28,823 nt of DNA from a virus (lineage: Duplodnaviria; Caudoviricetes): positions 1 through 28,823 of the IMG/VR virus record IMGVR_UViG_3300012232_000041. The stretch is one strand, 5' to 3'. Of this stretch, positions 8,141-17,295 are shown in pieces (the first letter of the stretch is position 1; each line of letters begins with the position of its first letter). Under the pieces are notes generated by a model, which was not told the origin of the DNA, searched no databases, and saw nothing but the letters and a program-made list of their open reading frames with translations. Position numbers and translations under genes: made by a program.

Positions 8141-10155
8141 CAGTCGGTTGTTCCTACCGCAAAGTAATTTTGTGTGATCGTGTCTGACGCGTTACCTAGT
8201 TGACCGGTGAACTTGATTGTTAGATCGGTAGAGGTTGACACCGACACACTAACAGCCGCAGTCGAAATCTGCCCGCCTACCTCATACCCCGTGTAAGCGA
8301 TGGTGAGAAGAGAGCTAGAGCTGCGATAGATTCGCGCCTCTGCGGCCCATACTTGCTGATCTCCTGCGGCTTGGCTCGACATCACTGCAGTGGTGCCATT
8401 CACGTCCAGGCGAATAGTTTTCGTATTATTCGTCCCTGTCGCAGTTCCCCGCCCAATGATTCGCAGTGAAGTCCCGACATTCAGCGAAAACGCCGGGATG
8501 GTAATGGTATGCATATCCGTCGCATTGACGGTCCCTGTTACAGGAATGCTGTCCGTTGATTTAGTGACGAACGCTAGTCCAGGCGCATCGCGAAACGTGA
8601 CAGTACTATCAACCGCTAACGCTTCCACATAGGTCACTTGATTGCGGACAGAGCCGAAAATATTGTTGGCTTCTACGCTGACATTCGTCACCGGATCGCG
8701 AACATAGACGTGATATTCCTGAGTAGCCGAACCGCCCTGGTCATCAAAGAACTGACACCCTGAGATAGTGATGTTTTGTGGGGTTCCGCTTGTAGCGGTG
8801 AACGCTATCCCGTCATAGCAAACCGTATCGCTTCTAGCTGCTGCTGCGCGATCCTGCCCGTTATTGACGAGCCAGCACCCGGTGATCGTCGCCTTGTTTA
8901 CGGTGTTCAAAAACATGATGCCCGTGTTGTCGTTGTTCCGAGCCTCGCATCCTACGAACGTGATTTCGTCTATCTGCCCCTGATTCCTGAATCCGTCCCC
9001 GTCATTGCTGTATGCCCGACAGGACACATAACGAACCTGGGTCAGCTCAGGAGTGGAGAACCCTGTCTCAAACCCGCCTCCCGTATTGTCGTAGGAATGA
9101 CAGCCAAAGTGCTCGCCCCAGCTCTTGAATCCGTTTAGGTAGTTTCCGGTGGCGTAGCATCCGACGAAGGTTGTGCTGTTGCAGCCTCCTGCTATGCCTG
9201 TGCCCCCTGCCCCGCCACCGGACGTATGCGCCGCGCTCCCGCAGTTCGTGACAATCAGCCCGGTAATGAGGCTGTCTTTCCCTGGATTGACGTTCGCATC
9301 TCCGCCGTTGGCGAAGAACACCCCGTGATCTACGATATTCGTTACTAGAACATTGTCGATCCGTATGCGATGACAATCCCCCAAAAGATACAGTCCGCGC
9401 CAGTTATTCCCCGTTCCTGTGCTTTGATTCGATTTGTTGCCGTCGATCTTAAAATCCCGAAGGATCACGTCCGTAACATCCTCGCCATAGAGGACGTGAT
9501 CGTTAGCAGCAGCTCCAAGAATAATGATGGACTTCGTAATCCCCTCACCGATCAACGTGCAATTTGGAGCCAGCGTCAGACCGGTGACTAGATAGGTTCC
9601 TGCCGGAACGATGACCAACCCATGCGAATCAATCGCTGCCTGAAACGCAGCGGTCATGTCGGTTGTCCCTTGATCGATATTCGTCCCGTACCGCAGCACA
9701 TTCCCCTGAGGATAGTTGTAATCAGTCGGGGTAACGCCCGCAGCAATTTCCGCCGCTGTGATCGGATAGTAAGGCTCAACCTGCAGAGCTTCGTTGAAGT
9801 TGGTCATAGGTTCGTAGATGCGGTTATTTTGCACCTTCCACGTGGCCGCTTTGACAGTTTGACTACTTAACCCAGCATCAATCTCGACGAGTAACTGTCG
9901 GGTTTCGTAGTCGTTTTCCTCGTCAATGATGCCGTTGAGAGTGCCTGGAACTTCAATCGTGGTAGAACTCGCAGGCGTGACACTCGTCCAGTTAATCACA
10001 TTCTGCTTGTTTGAAAGGCAGTCAACACGATATCTCACCGTGCTTGGAGTCACTGCAGCCGACGTGACTCGATCCCTAAACCACACCAACGAACGAGCAC
10101 CGGAGTACGCATCGACTGCCGGTAGGTCGGGGACTATTGATATCTGCTGGCTCAC
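8140..10155 (-). CDS. tailspike / depolymerase 1, right-handed beta-helix (671 aa)
   Basis: NVLRYG...DMTAAFQAAID...VPAGTY cap; KIDGNKSNQ; Cys/Asn-ladder coils; beta-sandwich-like C-terminus. Confidence 0.88.
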   Translation of the reverse strand: MSQQISIVPDLPAVDAYSGARSLVWFRDRVTSAAVTPSTVRYRVDCLSNKQNVINWTSVTPASSTTIEVPGTLNGIIDEENDYETRQLLVEIDAGLSSQTVKAATWKVQNNRIYEPMTNFNEALQVEPYYPITAAEIAAGVTPTDYNYPQGNVLRYGTNIDQGTTDMTAAFQAAIDSHGLVIVPAGTYLVTGLTLAPNCTLIGEGITKSIIILGAAANDHVLYGEDVTDVILRDFKIDGNKSNQSTGTGNNWRGLYLLGDCHRIRIDNVLVTNIVDHGVFFANGGDANVNPGKDSLITGLIVTNCGSAAHTSGGGAGGTGIAGGCNSTTFVGCYATGNYLNGFKSWGEHFGCHSYDNTGGGFETGFSTPELTQVRYVSCRAYSNDGDGFRNQGQIDEITFVGCEARNNDNTGIMFLNTVNKATITGCWLVNNGQDRAAAARSDTVCYDGIAFTATSGTPQNITISGCQFFDDQGGSATQEYHVYVRDPVTNVSVEANNIFGSVRNQVTYVEALAVDSTVTFRDAPGLAFVTKSTDSIPVTGTVNATDMHTITIPAFSLNVGTSLRIIGRGTATGTNNTKTIRLDVNGTTAVMSSQAAGDQQVWAAEARIYRSSSSLLTIAYTGYEVGGQISTAAVSVSVSTSTDLTIKFTGQLGNASDTITQNYFAVGTTD

Positions 10156-10835
10156 AGCGGATAGGAAATGGTCCAGCCTGCGTGGAGCCCCTTAGTTCCG
10201 CCCCCTGTAAATCCGGTATCGGAGAAAGGGAGATCGGTCGCAAATGTGATCGTCGTTGCGTCGGCCGCAATGACTGCTCTCCCAAGCTGAGCTGTGGTGT
10301 TCTCAATGAGAATGCACACGGTCGAAACAGCCTCGGTCGGCGTACACGCAGCCGGTAGTCCGGTCATCGTGAACGCCGTCGTGTTGGATGTCCCGGAAAT
10401 TTGCGCAGCGATACTAAGCCTGCATTCCTTCCCAGTACCCGCCGAGTTAGCGAGGATCTTGTAGGTAACGGTTCCGGTCGTTGCCGCGTCCATGCCTGTC
10501 AGGGTTCCGGTGAAGCTGCCCTCGGAGAATGTCGCGGTGTCCGCCCCGTCCACGACTACATCATCGATCTGCCAGATTTGCACATCGGCTGAAGTGGTGA
10601 ACTTCACGCGATAATCGAACCCCGTTGAGGGATCGCCGTATACCAGCGTGTCGAGATAGCCTTCGGAGTTGAGTTCCACCGGGTTAGCGTTTGCAGTGGT
10701 CAAAGCCGAATCGGTGTAGGTGTCCTGCGCTGTGGCAGTTCCAGTCCTTGAAAAGTAGAGCTTGCCGCTTGGAACAGCCGCGCCACCGTCGAGCGGGGCG
10801 TAACCAACGGGGAAAAGTAGAGCGCCAGTGGCCAT
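10152..10835 (-). CDS. short tail appendage/adaptor with tailspike head-binding-like N-domain (227 aa)
   Basis: ATG at 10835 (TAATG overlap); GKLYF...GT.T...TY.D...T..NANPV.L...G motif typical of podovirus spike anchors. Confidence 0.75.
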   Translation of the reverse strand: MATGALLFPVGYAPLDGGAAVPSGKLYFSRTGTATAQDTYTDSALTTANANPVELNSEGYLDTLVYGDPSTGFDYRVKFTTSADVQIWQIDDVVVDGADTATFSEGSFTGTLTGMDAATTGTVTYKILANSAGTGKECRLSIAAQISGTSNTTAFTMTGLPAACTPTEAVSTVCILIENTTAQLGRAVIAADATTITFATDLPFSDTGFTGGGTKGLHAGWTISYPL

Positions 10836-12310
10836 TATTGAGACTCCGGTGGTTGCGGGTATCGCTGCTTGATCCACTCCATGAGCGGAGCCACAGCCCC
10901 AGCGGGTAATTGCCCGGCGGCCGGAACAGCTTGCTGTGGCTGTCTCAGTAGCTGATTCTGTGCCACTCGGTACGGGATAGCGGTAGCTAGGTTGCTCACT
11001 AGATTCTGTGCTTGCAACATGCTGCGAGGAACTGTACCGGAATCTGGGACTGTGCTCGGCAATACAGACCTTCCGGCCTCAGCGAGTTTGACTAGGTACT
11101 GATCCCCGCCTTGCCCGTAAATTCTCATTGCACGATTGGACTTGTTCGCAATCGCGTTGGAAAGTTGCAGCGGCATGATGTGTCGCTCGACGCCCTTTCC
11201 TACCGCCCCCTCGATAATTCGCAAGCTACGCCACCGCTCAATCGCATTGTTGAGTGCTACCCGCTCGGCTGGATATGACCTCTGTAACGCCCCTAACATG
11301 GCGTCCTCGAGATCGTCGGCAATTTGCCCCACATCTGGATTCGATGAGAGCTTGCTCAAGTGTGAACGTATACGAACGAACTGCTGGCCGTTGATAACTC
11401 CGTTCTCGTCCACCGCTTTTAGCAAGTCGTCAATATTTCTCTGCACTACTCCATGACTACTCTCAGGCACCTCGCGCAACATATCATCGGTGATCGACGC
11501 TATTTCCGTTTGCAGCACGTCGTCAAACTTCGCACCCTTCGCTCCAATGCTATTGAACACGGCGCCGGTTCTGTTTTTCGCAGAGAGCATCGCCGCTTGG
11601 CTTGCTTCGTCTGAGTTGATGCCCACACGCCGAAGAACCGCTCGCGTGTAGTCCTTGAGCTGATTGACGGTGAAAGCCTGTTGCCGGCCAGCGGTTGCAG
11701 GATGATTCTGAGAAGCCGTGCGAACTGCGTTCCACGCGGGCTCTCCAGTCGCTTGCGCTCGGTCAAGTCTCACGCCGGCATTCTCGAGCGTCGCTGCGCC
11801 CGGAGCGGCAGCAGTCGAAGCTCTCAACGGAATGGCAGCAGGAGCTGGATTCTTTACCTGCGGAACTGGCAATCGTGATCCCATTACCATTTGCCCGAGA
11901 ACATCGACCGTCTTCTCAGCAGCCCCCTGCGCCCGAGGAAGCCTTAGCGCATCAAGCCCGCGACCGTACATCGACGATGGCAGCTCGTAGTTACCACCGC
12001 CGATTAGGTTGCGCGCCGCCACACCAGCATCAGCCGCCATCAGCGGTATAGCACCCACTGCCTCGGCCCCCATTCTTGCAAAACGTCCTAGCCCCCGGTT
12101 GATCCCCTGGAACTGTTCAGGCTGCGTGCCTACCTTGCTCAGAGCTCCTCGCACGCCTTCAAACGCTGAGGGCCGCTGTGCAGCCGTTTGTCCGCCAGCA
12201 TCAGGAAACTGCCGTAACACTTCGGCGCGTACCTGCTCGTCTGAGGCTCCTTCTGGTCCCTCTATCTCATAGGACTGACCGTTAGGCGCTTTGATTCGGT
12301 ATTTCGGCAT
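10835..12310 (-). CDS. DNA ejection/pilot protein (P22 gp16 position)
   Basis: Position; Ala/Gln/Arg-rich helical sequence; N-terminal Y.I.AP.G..YEIEGPEGAS motif seen in internal virion proteins. Confidence 0.65.
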   Translation of the reverse strand: MPKYRIKAPNGQSYEIEGPEGASDEQVRAEVLRQFPDAGGQTAAQRPSAFEGVRGALSKVGTQPEQFQGINRGLGRFARMGAEAVGAIPLMAADAGVAARNLIGGGNYELPSSMYGRGLDALRLPRAQGAAEKTVDVLGQMVMGSRLPVPQVKNPAPAAIPLRASTAAAPGAATLENAGVRLDRAQATGEPAWNAVRTASQNHPATAGRQQAFTVNQLKDYTRAVLRRVGINSDEASQAAMLSAKNRTGAVFNSIGAKGAKFDDVLQTEIASITDDMLREVPESSHGVVQRNIDDLLKAVDENGVINGQQFVRIRSHLSKLSSNPDVGQIADDLEDAMLGALQRSYPAERVALNNAIERWRSLRIIEGAVGKGVERHIMPLQLSNAIANKSNRAMRIYGQGGDQYLVKLAEAGRSVLPSTVPDSGTVPRSMLQAQNLVSNLATAIPYRVAQNQLLRQPQQAVPAAGQLPAGAVAPLMEWIKQRYPQPPESQ

Positions 12311-13383
12311 CAGGGCACCACGGTAGCCTTACCCCATTCACCATTCTGTACTGGCCTTTGCTGCGGCAGCTCACTCCTCGTTGGCGACGGAATTGAGGTA
12401 GGAGCAGCTAGCTTGGCTTCGATGATCGCGTCGATCATCTGCATTTTCGATGCGACAGTTTCCGGATGATCTATACGCTTCGGGATCATGTCATTCAGTA
12501 ACTGTTGATCTCGGTCGGTGAAAACGCCTTCACCAGCAGAGCGAAATAGCTGCTTGAGAACCGGCGACACCGCGGCTATGGCTCCTTCTGCAATTTGCTG
12601 TCTAGCGGTGATCGCTGGAATCAGCCCCTGAACTGGTCCTGTGCTCGTTCCCGCCAAGCCTCTCAGCAGTCCTTCGCGAGCAACACGCCAAACGCCTAAC
12701 GTTCCCTCTCTGCCTACCTGCTCTTTTTGCAGATCAACGCCCGCAGTCGAAGCCGCTCGAGCCCACGCTTCAGCTCCGACGCGCTCCGCTGCAACATCAA
12801 TCTCCTGCTCTGCCGAGGTGATCGGCGTAACTGTCCCGCTTCTCGGATCAAATGCACCCTTGGCGCCGCCTGACTCTACGAACTGCATCGGGTTTCTAGC
12901 GCGTTCGTTGGTGCGAACCAAGTTCCCATCAGAAGTGACGTAGGCAATGGTGCCATCCTCAAGCACCTGGGTTGACTGCACTCGCGACCGGTGATCGCTG
13001 TCAGAGCCCATCGCCCGCGCCCAATCCATCGACTTAGCGCGGATCGAGTCGTCGGTTTCGCCTTCCGGTGTGAACTGTGGCAACTGGAGCTCTTGCGAAA
13101 CTGCGGCCCAATTCGGGCTCGCGAGCATCTGTGCAGCGGCTTGCATCGGAGTCGGCGATTGAGCAATGGCTGAGAAATAGTTAGCCGCGATCTTCTGCGC
13201 GTTCGCTCGGCGGGCAGTCGATTGGTTCTGCTCCGCGCCAGAAATCACCAGATCATCCATGCGGTTCTGCTGCGGCAGACGTTGCGCAGTGTTCTTCGCA
13301 ATCGCGTCCGTGGAAATCTCGCGATTGATCTGCGCGGGATCGGTCGCCCGAATGCCTTCATACCAGTTATAGGGAAGCGGCAT
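12310..13383 (-). CDS. DNA ejection protein (P22 gp20 position)
   Basis: Position between the gp7-like and last ejection genes; helical Ala/Gln-rich; GVFTDRD motif. Confidence 0.65.
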   Translation of the reverse strand: MPLPYNWYEGIRATDPAQINREISTDAIAKNTAQRLPQQNRMDDLVISGAEQNQSTARRANAQKIAANYFSAIAQSPTPMQAAAQMLASPNWAAVSQELQLPQFTPEGETDDSIRAKSMDWARAMGSDSDHRSRVQSTQVLEDGTIAYVTSDGNLVRTNERARNPMQFVESGGAKGAFDPRSGTVTPITSAEQEIDVAAERVGAEAWARAASTAGVDLQKEQVGREGTLGVWRVAREGLLRGLAGTSTGPVQGLIPAITARQQIAEGAIAAVSPVLKQLFRSAGEGVFTDRDQQLLNDMIPKRIDHPETVASKMQMIDAIIEAKLAAPTSIPSPTRSELPQQRPVQNGEWGKATVVP

Positions 13384-14652
13384 TTATCCTCCCTGTCTAC
13401 GACGGTAGAGCCAGCTAAGCGAGTCGTTCAAGCCCTGGCCTATTGCTCCATAGCGGTTTGCGATACCCGACGAACGGGACACGCCTTGGTTAGCCATCGC
13501 GTTCCCAATGTTGCCCGCCGCATTCTGACCGAACTGCCCGACGTTGGTTGTCGCGGTCTGCCCTAGTCCCGCGAGGTTGGATTGCTGATTCCACCAGTTT
13601 CCATAGTCCTGCTGCGCCAGTCCGGTGTTGTAGTCGGTGAGCGCCTTTAGAGCATTACCCGAAGCAGCCCCGCCTCGAGCGGCGAAGCTGTTCCCGATAT
13701 CCCTCTGTCCTTCGTTCCGCGCCCATTCATACCCGGGTGACGCGGCAAACGAAGCCTGAGGGTTTTGGAGGTTGCCCAAAGCGCCCTGCCCCGCTTGCAT
13801 CCACGGCATCAAGTCCTGTCGGTTCTGGTCGTACTGCCGGCGCTGTTCGTCGATTGCCCCTTGTAGTGCATCGGATTCAGCATCTGCTGCTTGATTCGCC
13901 CCGTAAGCCCCAAGCAGCGTTTGTGCGCCTTGGTTGATGTATGGCAGGTATTTGTCTAGCCAGCTACCACCAGCAGCCGCCCCAGCACTACCGAACCCGC
14001 TAGCCCACGGAACCCCTGCAGCGCCACCAGAAGCCGCACCAGCCGCCGGAGCGCCCCAGCCAGCCCCAGTGGCTCCAAGGTTAGCCGCAGAGAATTGCGG
14101 AGCGTAGGAAGCGGCAGAAGGCGCCACAGACCCCGCTGCCGCATTGCTACCCGAAACCGTAGCGCTACCCGTGAGCGCGTTCTGACCAGAAGGCGCCCCA
14201 CTGCCCCACTGAGTCCCACCGAGCGCAGCACCACCGCCTACGAGCGCGCCGACCTTGGCTATTCCTTGCAGGTTCCGTGTTTGTGCGTTGTCTTGATACC
14301 GGGCGATTTCGTTCGGATCGCTAGAAATGAATGTGCCGCCAGAGCCGTCACCGAAACCGAAGAACGGCTGTGTGCCGCTCGGGTCGTTGCGAATCATTCC
14401 TCCCTGAGCTCGTGCGACATCCCCTCCGATGTAGTTCTGATTCGGCTGCAAGAACGTATACGAAGCAGCCGTGTTCGGGTCGTAGTTAGGGTCCGTCGCT
14501 GCCTGTTGCAGTTGCGCAGCGTAGTCAGCGTTAAAGTCCGGGTCGCCTGCCTGGGTCCATTTTCCGGTGAGCGGATGGTAGTACCCAGGGTTTGGCTTCG
14601 CCTGCGGGAGCGGCGTCACGGGGTTGTATTCTTCGGGAGAGGGGAAAGCCAT
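13384..14652 (-). CDS. DNA ejection protein, P22 gp7-like
   Basis: C-terminal half with QRRQYDQNRQDLMPW..AG..AL, SPGY and AARGG..SG.ALKAL; Gly/Ala/Gln-rich; GAGG RBS. Confidence 0.8.
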   Translation of the reverse strand: MAFPSPEEYNPVTPLPQAKPNPGYYHPLTGKWTQAGDPDFNADYAAQLQQAATDPNYDPNTAASYTFLQPNQNYIGGDVARAQGGMIRNDPSGTQPFFGFGDGSGGTFISSDPNEIARYQDNAQTRNLQGIAKVGALVGGGAALGGTQWGSGAPSGQNALTGSATVSGSNAAAGSVAPSAASYAPQFSAANLGATGAGWGAPAAGAASGGAAGVPWASGFGSAGAAAGGSWLDKYLPYINQGAQTLLGAYGANQAADAESDALQGAIDEQRRQYDQNRQDLMPWMQAGQGALGNLQNPQASFAASPGYEWARNEGQRDIGNSFAARGGAASGNALKALTDYNTGLAQQDYGNWWNQQSNLAGLGQTATTNVGQFGQNAAGNIGNAMANQGVSRSSGIANRYGAIGQGLNDSLSWLYRRRQGG

Positions 14653-14661
14653 TCCGTTACC

Positions 14662-15168
14662 TCAGTAGTTAGACCCGCCACCGCGGCGCAGCGGAACCTT
14701 GGGGAACATGATCTGTCCTCGCCATCCTTTCGTGCCGCTTGCTGTGAACCCAGCAGGATTAAGAACAGGAACGGCGTCGGTTCCAGGAACTTGTAGCACA
14801 GGGATGGCAAACTGAATCGACCCAGGGGCGATGGACGTGACATATGCCTCGCCTATAGTGTCTCCAGCATCGTCACGCACAATAATCGTTGCATGAACCG
14901 GCGGGTTAATTCCGTCGATACCGTGGAACATGATCATGCCGTTGGTGTTCGATGTGCCAGTAAACGTACCGCTTTCAGGGTACAGAACGATAAGCGCCCC
15001 AAGATCGACCGAGACTAATCTACCGGTTGGCTCAACAGAAAACCCGCTCCATTCAGGAGTCACGATAAATGTGTCCTCTACCGTCGCCGCCATCTGTTTG
15101 CGTGACCACTCGCCGAACTGTCGTTCGTTCATGTCGCGGGGCAAAATTCGGCCAGGGCTTAATGTCAC
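14662..15168 (-). CDS. tail tip/needle-position protein (168 aa); alternative upstream start at 15342
   Basis: GTG 2 nt after the gp10-like stop with GGGAGGG RBS; beta-rich. Confidence 0.7.
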   Translation of the reverse strand: MTLSPGRILPRDMNERQFGEWSRKQMAATVEDTFIVTPEWSGFSVEPTGRLVSVDLGALIVLYPESGTFTGTSNTNGMIMFHGIDGINPPVHATIIVRDDAGDTIGEAYVTSIAPGSIQFAIPVLQVPGTDAVPVLNPAGFTASGTKGWRGQIMFPKVPLRRGGGSNY

Positions 15169-15170
15169 GG

Positions 15171-16559
15171 CTACACCCTCCCGCCCCTGACCTGTAGCTG
15201 CGTGTCCATCACCGTGACTTTCACTGGATCGCTCACCGCCCCCCGGTACACCCTCGCATCCGACGAGCCCAAAGCAGACCACGAGCACCGCTGCGAGTAC
15301 TTGCCGAGCTGGCCTATTTTTTTGTTCGGTAGCGAGAGCCACGTTCTGCCTCCGTCGTCGGACATATCGAGCATGATTTCCGGGTCACTGCCGGGATCAA
15401 CCGTGTTGCCGACTCCGCGCTCCATCATCATATCTAGGCGTTCATGATACGCCCGCGTGCCATCGGCATAGACGGGTTGATACGTCCATTCCATTCTCAG
15501 GGTGGAATCCAATTCGGTGTATACGGTTGGATCGAGCTCGGCAATCACGTTGGAAGTCGTAGAGCCGACTAAAACTTTTCCAGCGAATAAAACTGGCGAC
15601 CCCCAATTCCATGTATCAGAGCCGTAGCTCTGTCGCTCGTGCCACAGTTGAGTGCCCACGTCGTAGACGAAGCATCCCTCGGTTGCTCGAAGGACGTAGA
15701 ACAGGTGGCCGTCTTGGGTAAAGCTCGAGCCTCGCAAGCTGGCAAGCGTTACCGAATCCTTGAGCCATTGTTCAATCGCGTGAGTAGAGACACGAGCAGG
15801 CGTCAGTCCATCCAAACGCCTGACCGTGTAATCGCTCGCTACCCAAAAGATCGAGTTATCTAGCTTGGCGATGCTTTTGCCGTTCAAGCATCCGAGCTCG
15901 ATAAACCCGTTGATGGTCCGCTCGAACGGAAACCCCGAAACCCCCGTATTCTCCCAAAGCTCGCAGGACTTCTCGCCCGCTAGGAACACTTGTCGGTGAT
16001 CGACCTTCATCCCGACCAAATCGTCCGAAGCACCCTCGGCAGTCGCAAACTGCAAAGCGTCGTAAGCTGTCACGCTGTTCAAATCAGAGCCAAAAAAACG
16101 CGCAGAGCCGGGCTCCCGAAAGAGCATGTAGCCATCGACGAATTCAACGTCCCCAGCTCCGCGCGTTGTAAAGTCCGCGTCAACGATCTGCGCGAACGTG
16201 GCCCCGTTCCAGTAGTAGGCCAGTGGGGGAGAAACAACTACAACTGCAGAATCGCTAGAGTCCATGTCGATCTCGGTCGAACTACCGACTGCACCTCGGA
16301 AGGTAGCTGTAGCTCCCGAAGTGACCGAATAGAGCCCACCCCCGGAAACTACGTATAGCAAGCCGTGATCGGTGTGGAGCCCTTCGATTGGTCCGGTTCC
16401 TACCGTCGCCCAGCTCGAGAGTCCAGGCGAGCGAGTAAGCATCAACGGTACTTTGGCGCCTTCTGGTAACGCCTCAGGAAAGCAGTTCACCAGCCTAGCT
16501 GTAGAAGCCTGTGCGCTTCGTAGCTGGTAGGAATGAATGGGTAGGCTGAGTGACGGCAC
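15171..16559 (-). CDS. tail hub / packaged DNA stabilisation protein, P22 gp10-like
   Basis: 462 aa beta-propeller-like; FATAEG..D, GHLFYVL, YD..TQLWHER and SDDGGRTW motifs; follows the gp4-like gene. Confidence 0.9.
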   Translation of the reverse strand: MPSLSLPIHSYQLRSAQASTARLVNCFPEALPEGAKVPLMLTRSPGLSSWATVGTGPIEGLHTDHGLLYVVSGGGLYSVTSGATATFRGAVGSSTEIDMDSSDSAVVVVSPPLAYYWNGATFAQIVDADFTTRGAGDVEFVDGYMLFREPGSARFFGSDLNSVTAYDALQFATAEGASDDLVGMKVDHRQVFLAGEKSCELWENTGVSGFPFERTINGFIELGCLNGKSIAKLDNSIFWVASDYTVRRLDGLTPARVSTHAIEQWLKDSVTLASLRGSSFTQDGHLFYVLRATEGCFVYDVGTQLWHERQSYGSDTWNWGSPVLFAGKVLVGSTTSNVIAELDPTVYTELDSTLRMEWTYQPVYADGTRAYHERLDMMMERGVGNTVDPGSDPEIMLDMSDDGGRTWLSLPNKKIGQLGKYSQRCSWSALGSSDARVYRGAVSDPVKVTVMDTQLQVRGGRV

Positions 16560-16562
16560 ACG

Positions 16563-16973
16563 TCACCCCTGCGTAATGTCTACGCGGTCGTAACTACCCT
16601 CGCCCAAGCCGATGTGCGACATATCCAATGGTTCGCGAGTCTGGTAGTAAACCACTCGACGAATGGTAGCCACGCCGTTCTGCTCGTCGTCGAGCAAGTC
16701 AGGCGACAACTGGGCGCTGGGATAGTCGGCTAGTAGTGCCTTGGCAAGACGGGCGGTAACTCCACGCTCTGCCCAAGCTGGAATAGGGCACGTTGCTGTC
16801 GTCGAAGTCTGTGCGAAATACCCAATCTCCACGCCATCCACTGCCCACGTCTCCATGAGCTGGTTGAGCTTCCTAAGCGCATTTTCACCCTGCTCCGGTG
16901 AGGCTGGTTGAGTCTCGGCAATGACCCCAATCAGTCGGAGTGCGTCCGAAACGACTTGGATGTTCGTGCTCAT
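16563..16973 (-). CDS. head-tail adaptor, P22 gp4-like
   Basis: DALRLIGV......SPEQ...AL..LN.LM..W...G motif; position. Confidence 0.85.
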   Translation of the reverse strand: MSTNIQVVSDALRLIGVIAETQPASPEQGENALRKLNQLMETWAVDGVEIGYFAQTSTTATCPIPAWAERGVTARLAKALLADYPSAQLSPDLLDDEQNGVATIRRVVYYQTREPLDMSHIGLGEGSYDRVDITQG

Positions 16974-17287
16974 TACGCCGGTGACGGATTACACGGACGC
17001 CACGCCACCGTGACATTTCCTGTAGCAGCGTCATTCGGATCAACGATCAGCGTCGTGTTGAATCGAATCCCCGGAAAGTTGTACATCGAACCCGCTGCTG
17101 CTGACGCGGGAATGGTGACGACAGTTGTACCTGCATCCGTGAGCAGTAGGGTATGCGCAGACAGAACCGTGTTGATGTACACCCCAAACAGCAGAGCAGG
17201 CCGAGACGAGACCGTAGTCGAATCGGTCGCGACGTCCACTACCGTGTAATCGCTTTCCTCGAACGCTATTTGACCCGTGCTCGCCAT
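16973..17287 (-). CDS. small beta-rich virion protein (104 aa), possible head decoration
   Basis: AGGAG RBS; Thr/Val-rich beta pattern; located in the head module. Confidence 0.65.
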   Translation of the reverse strand: MASTGQIAFEESDYTVVDVATDSTTVSSRPALLFGVYINTVLSAHTLLLTDAGTTVVTIPASAAAGSMYNFPGIRFNTTLIVDPNDAATGNVTVAWRPCNPSPA

Positions 17288-17295
17288 GTTGACTC

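Noticed and set aside
6155-10155. Diversity-generating retroelement acting on the spikes
   Set aside because: No reverse transcriptase and no adenine-mismatched TR/VR pair seen; the spike similarity is N-terminal and protein-level
388-10877. Longer upstream starts in the ORF track (388, 576, 2756, 5284, 5793, 6185, 10877)
   Set aside because: They overlap deeply with neighbours; downstream starts have an RBS or stop/start coupling
13950-14260. Gly/Ala low-complexity tract in the gp7-like gene as a repeat element
   Set aside because: Compositional bias typical of ejection proteins; no regular repeat unit
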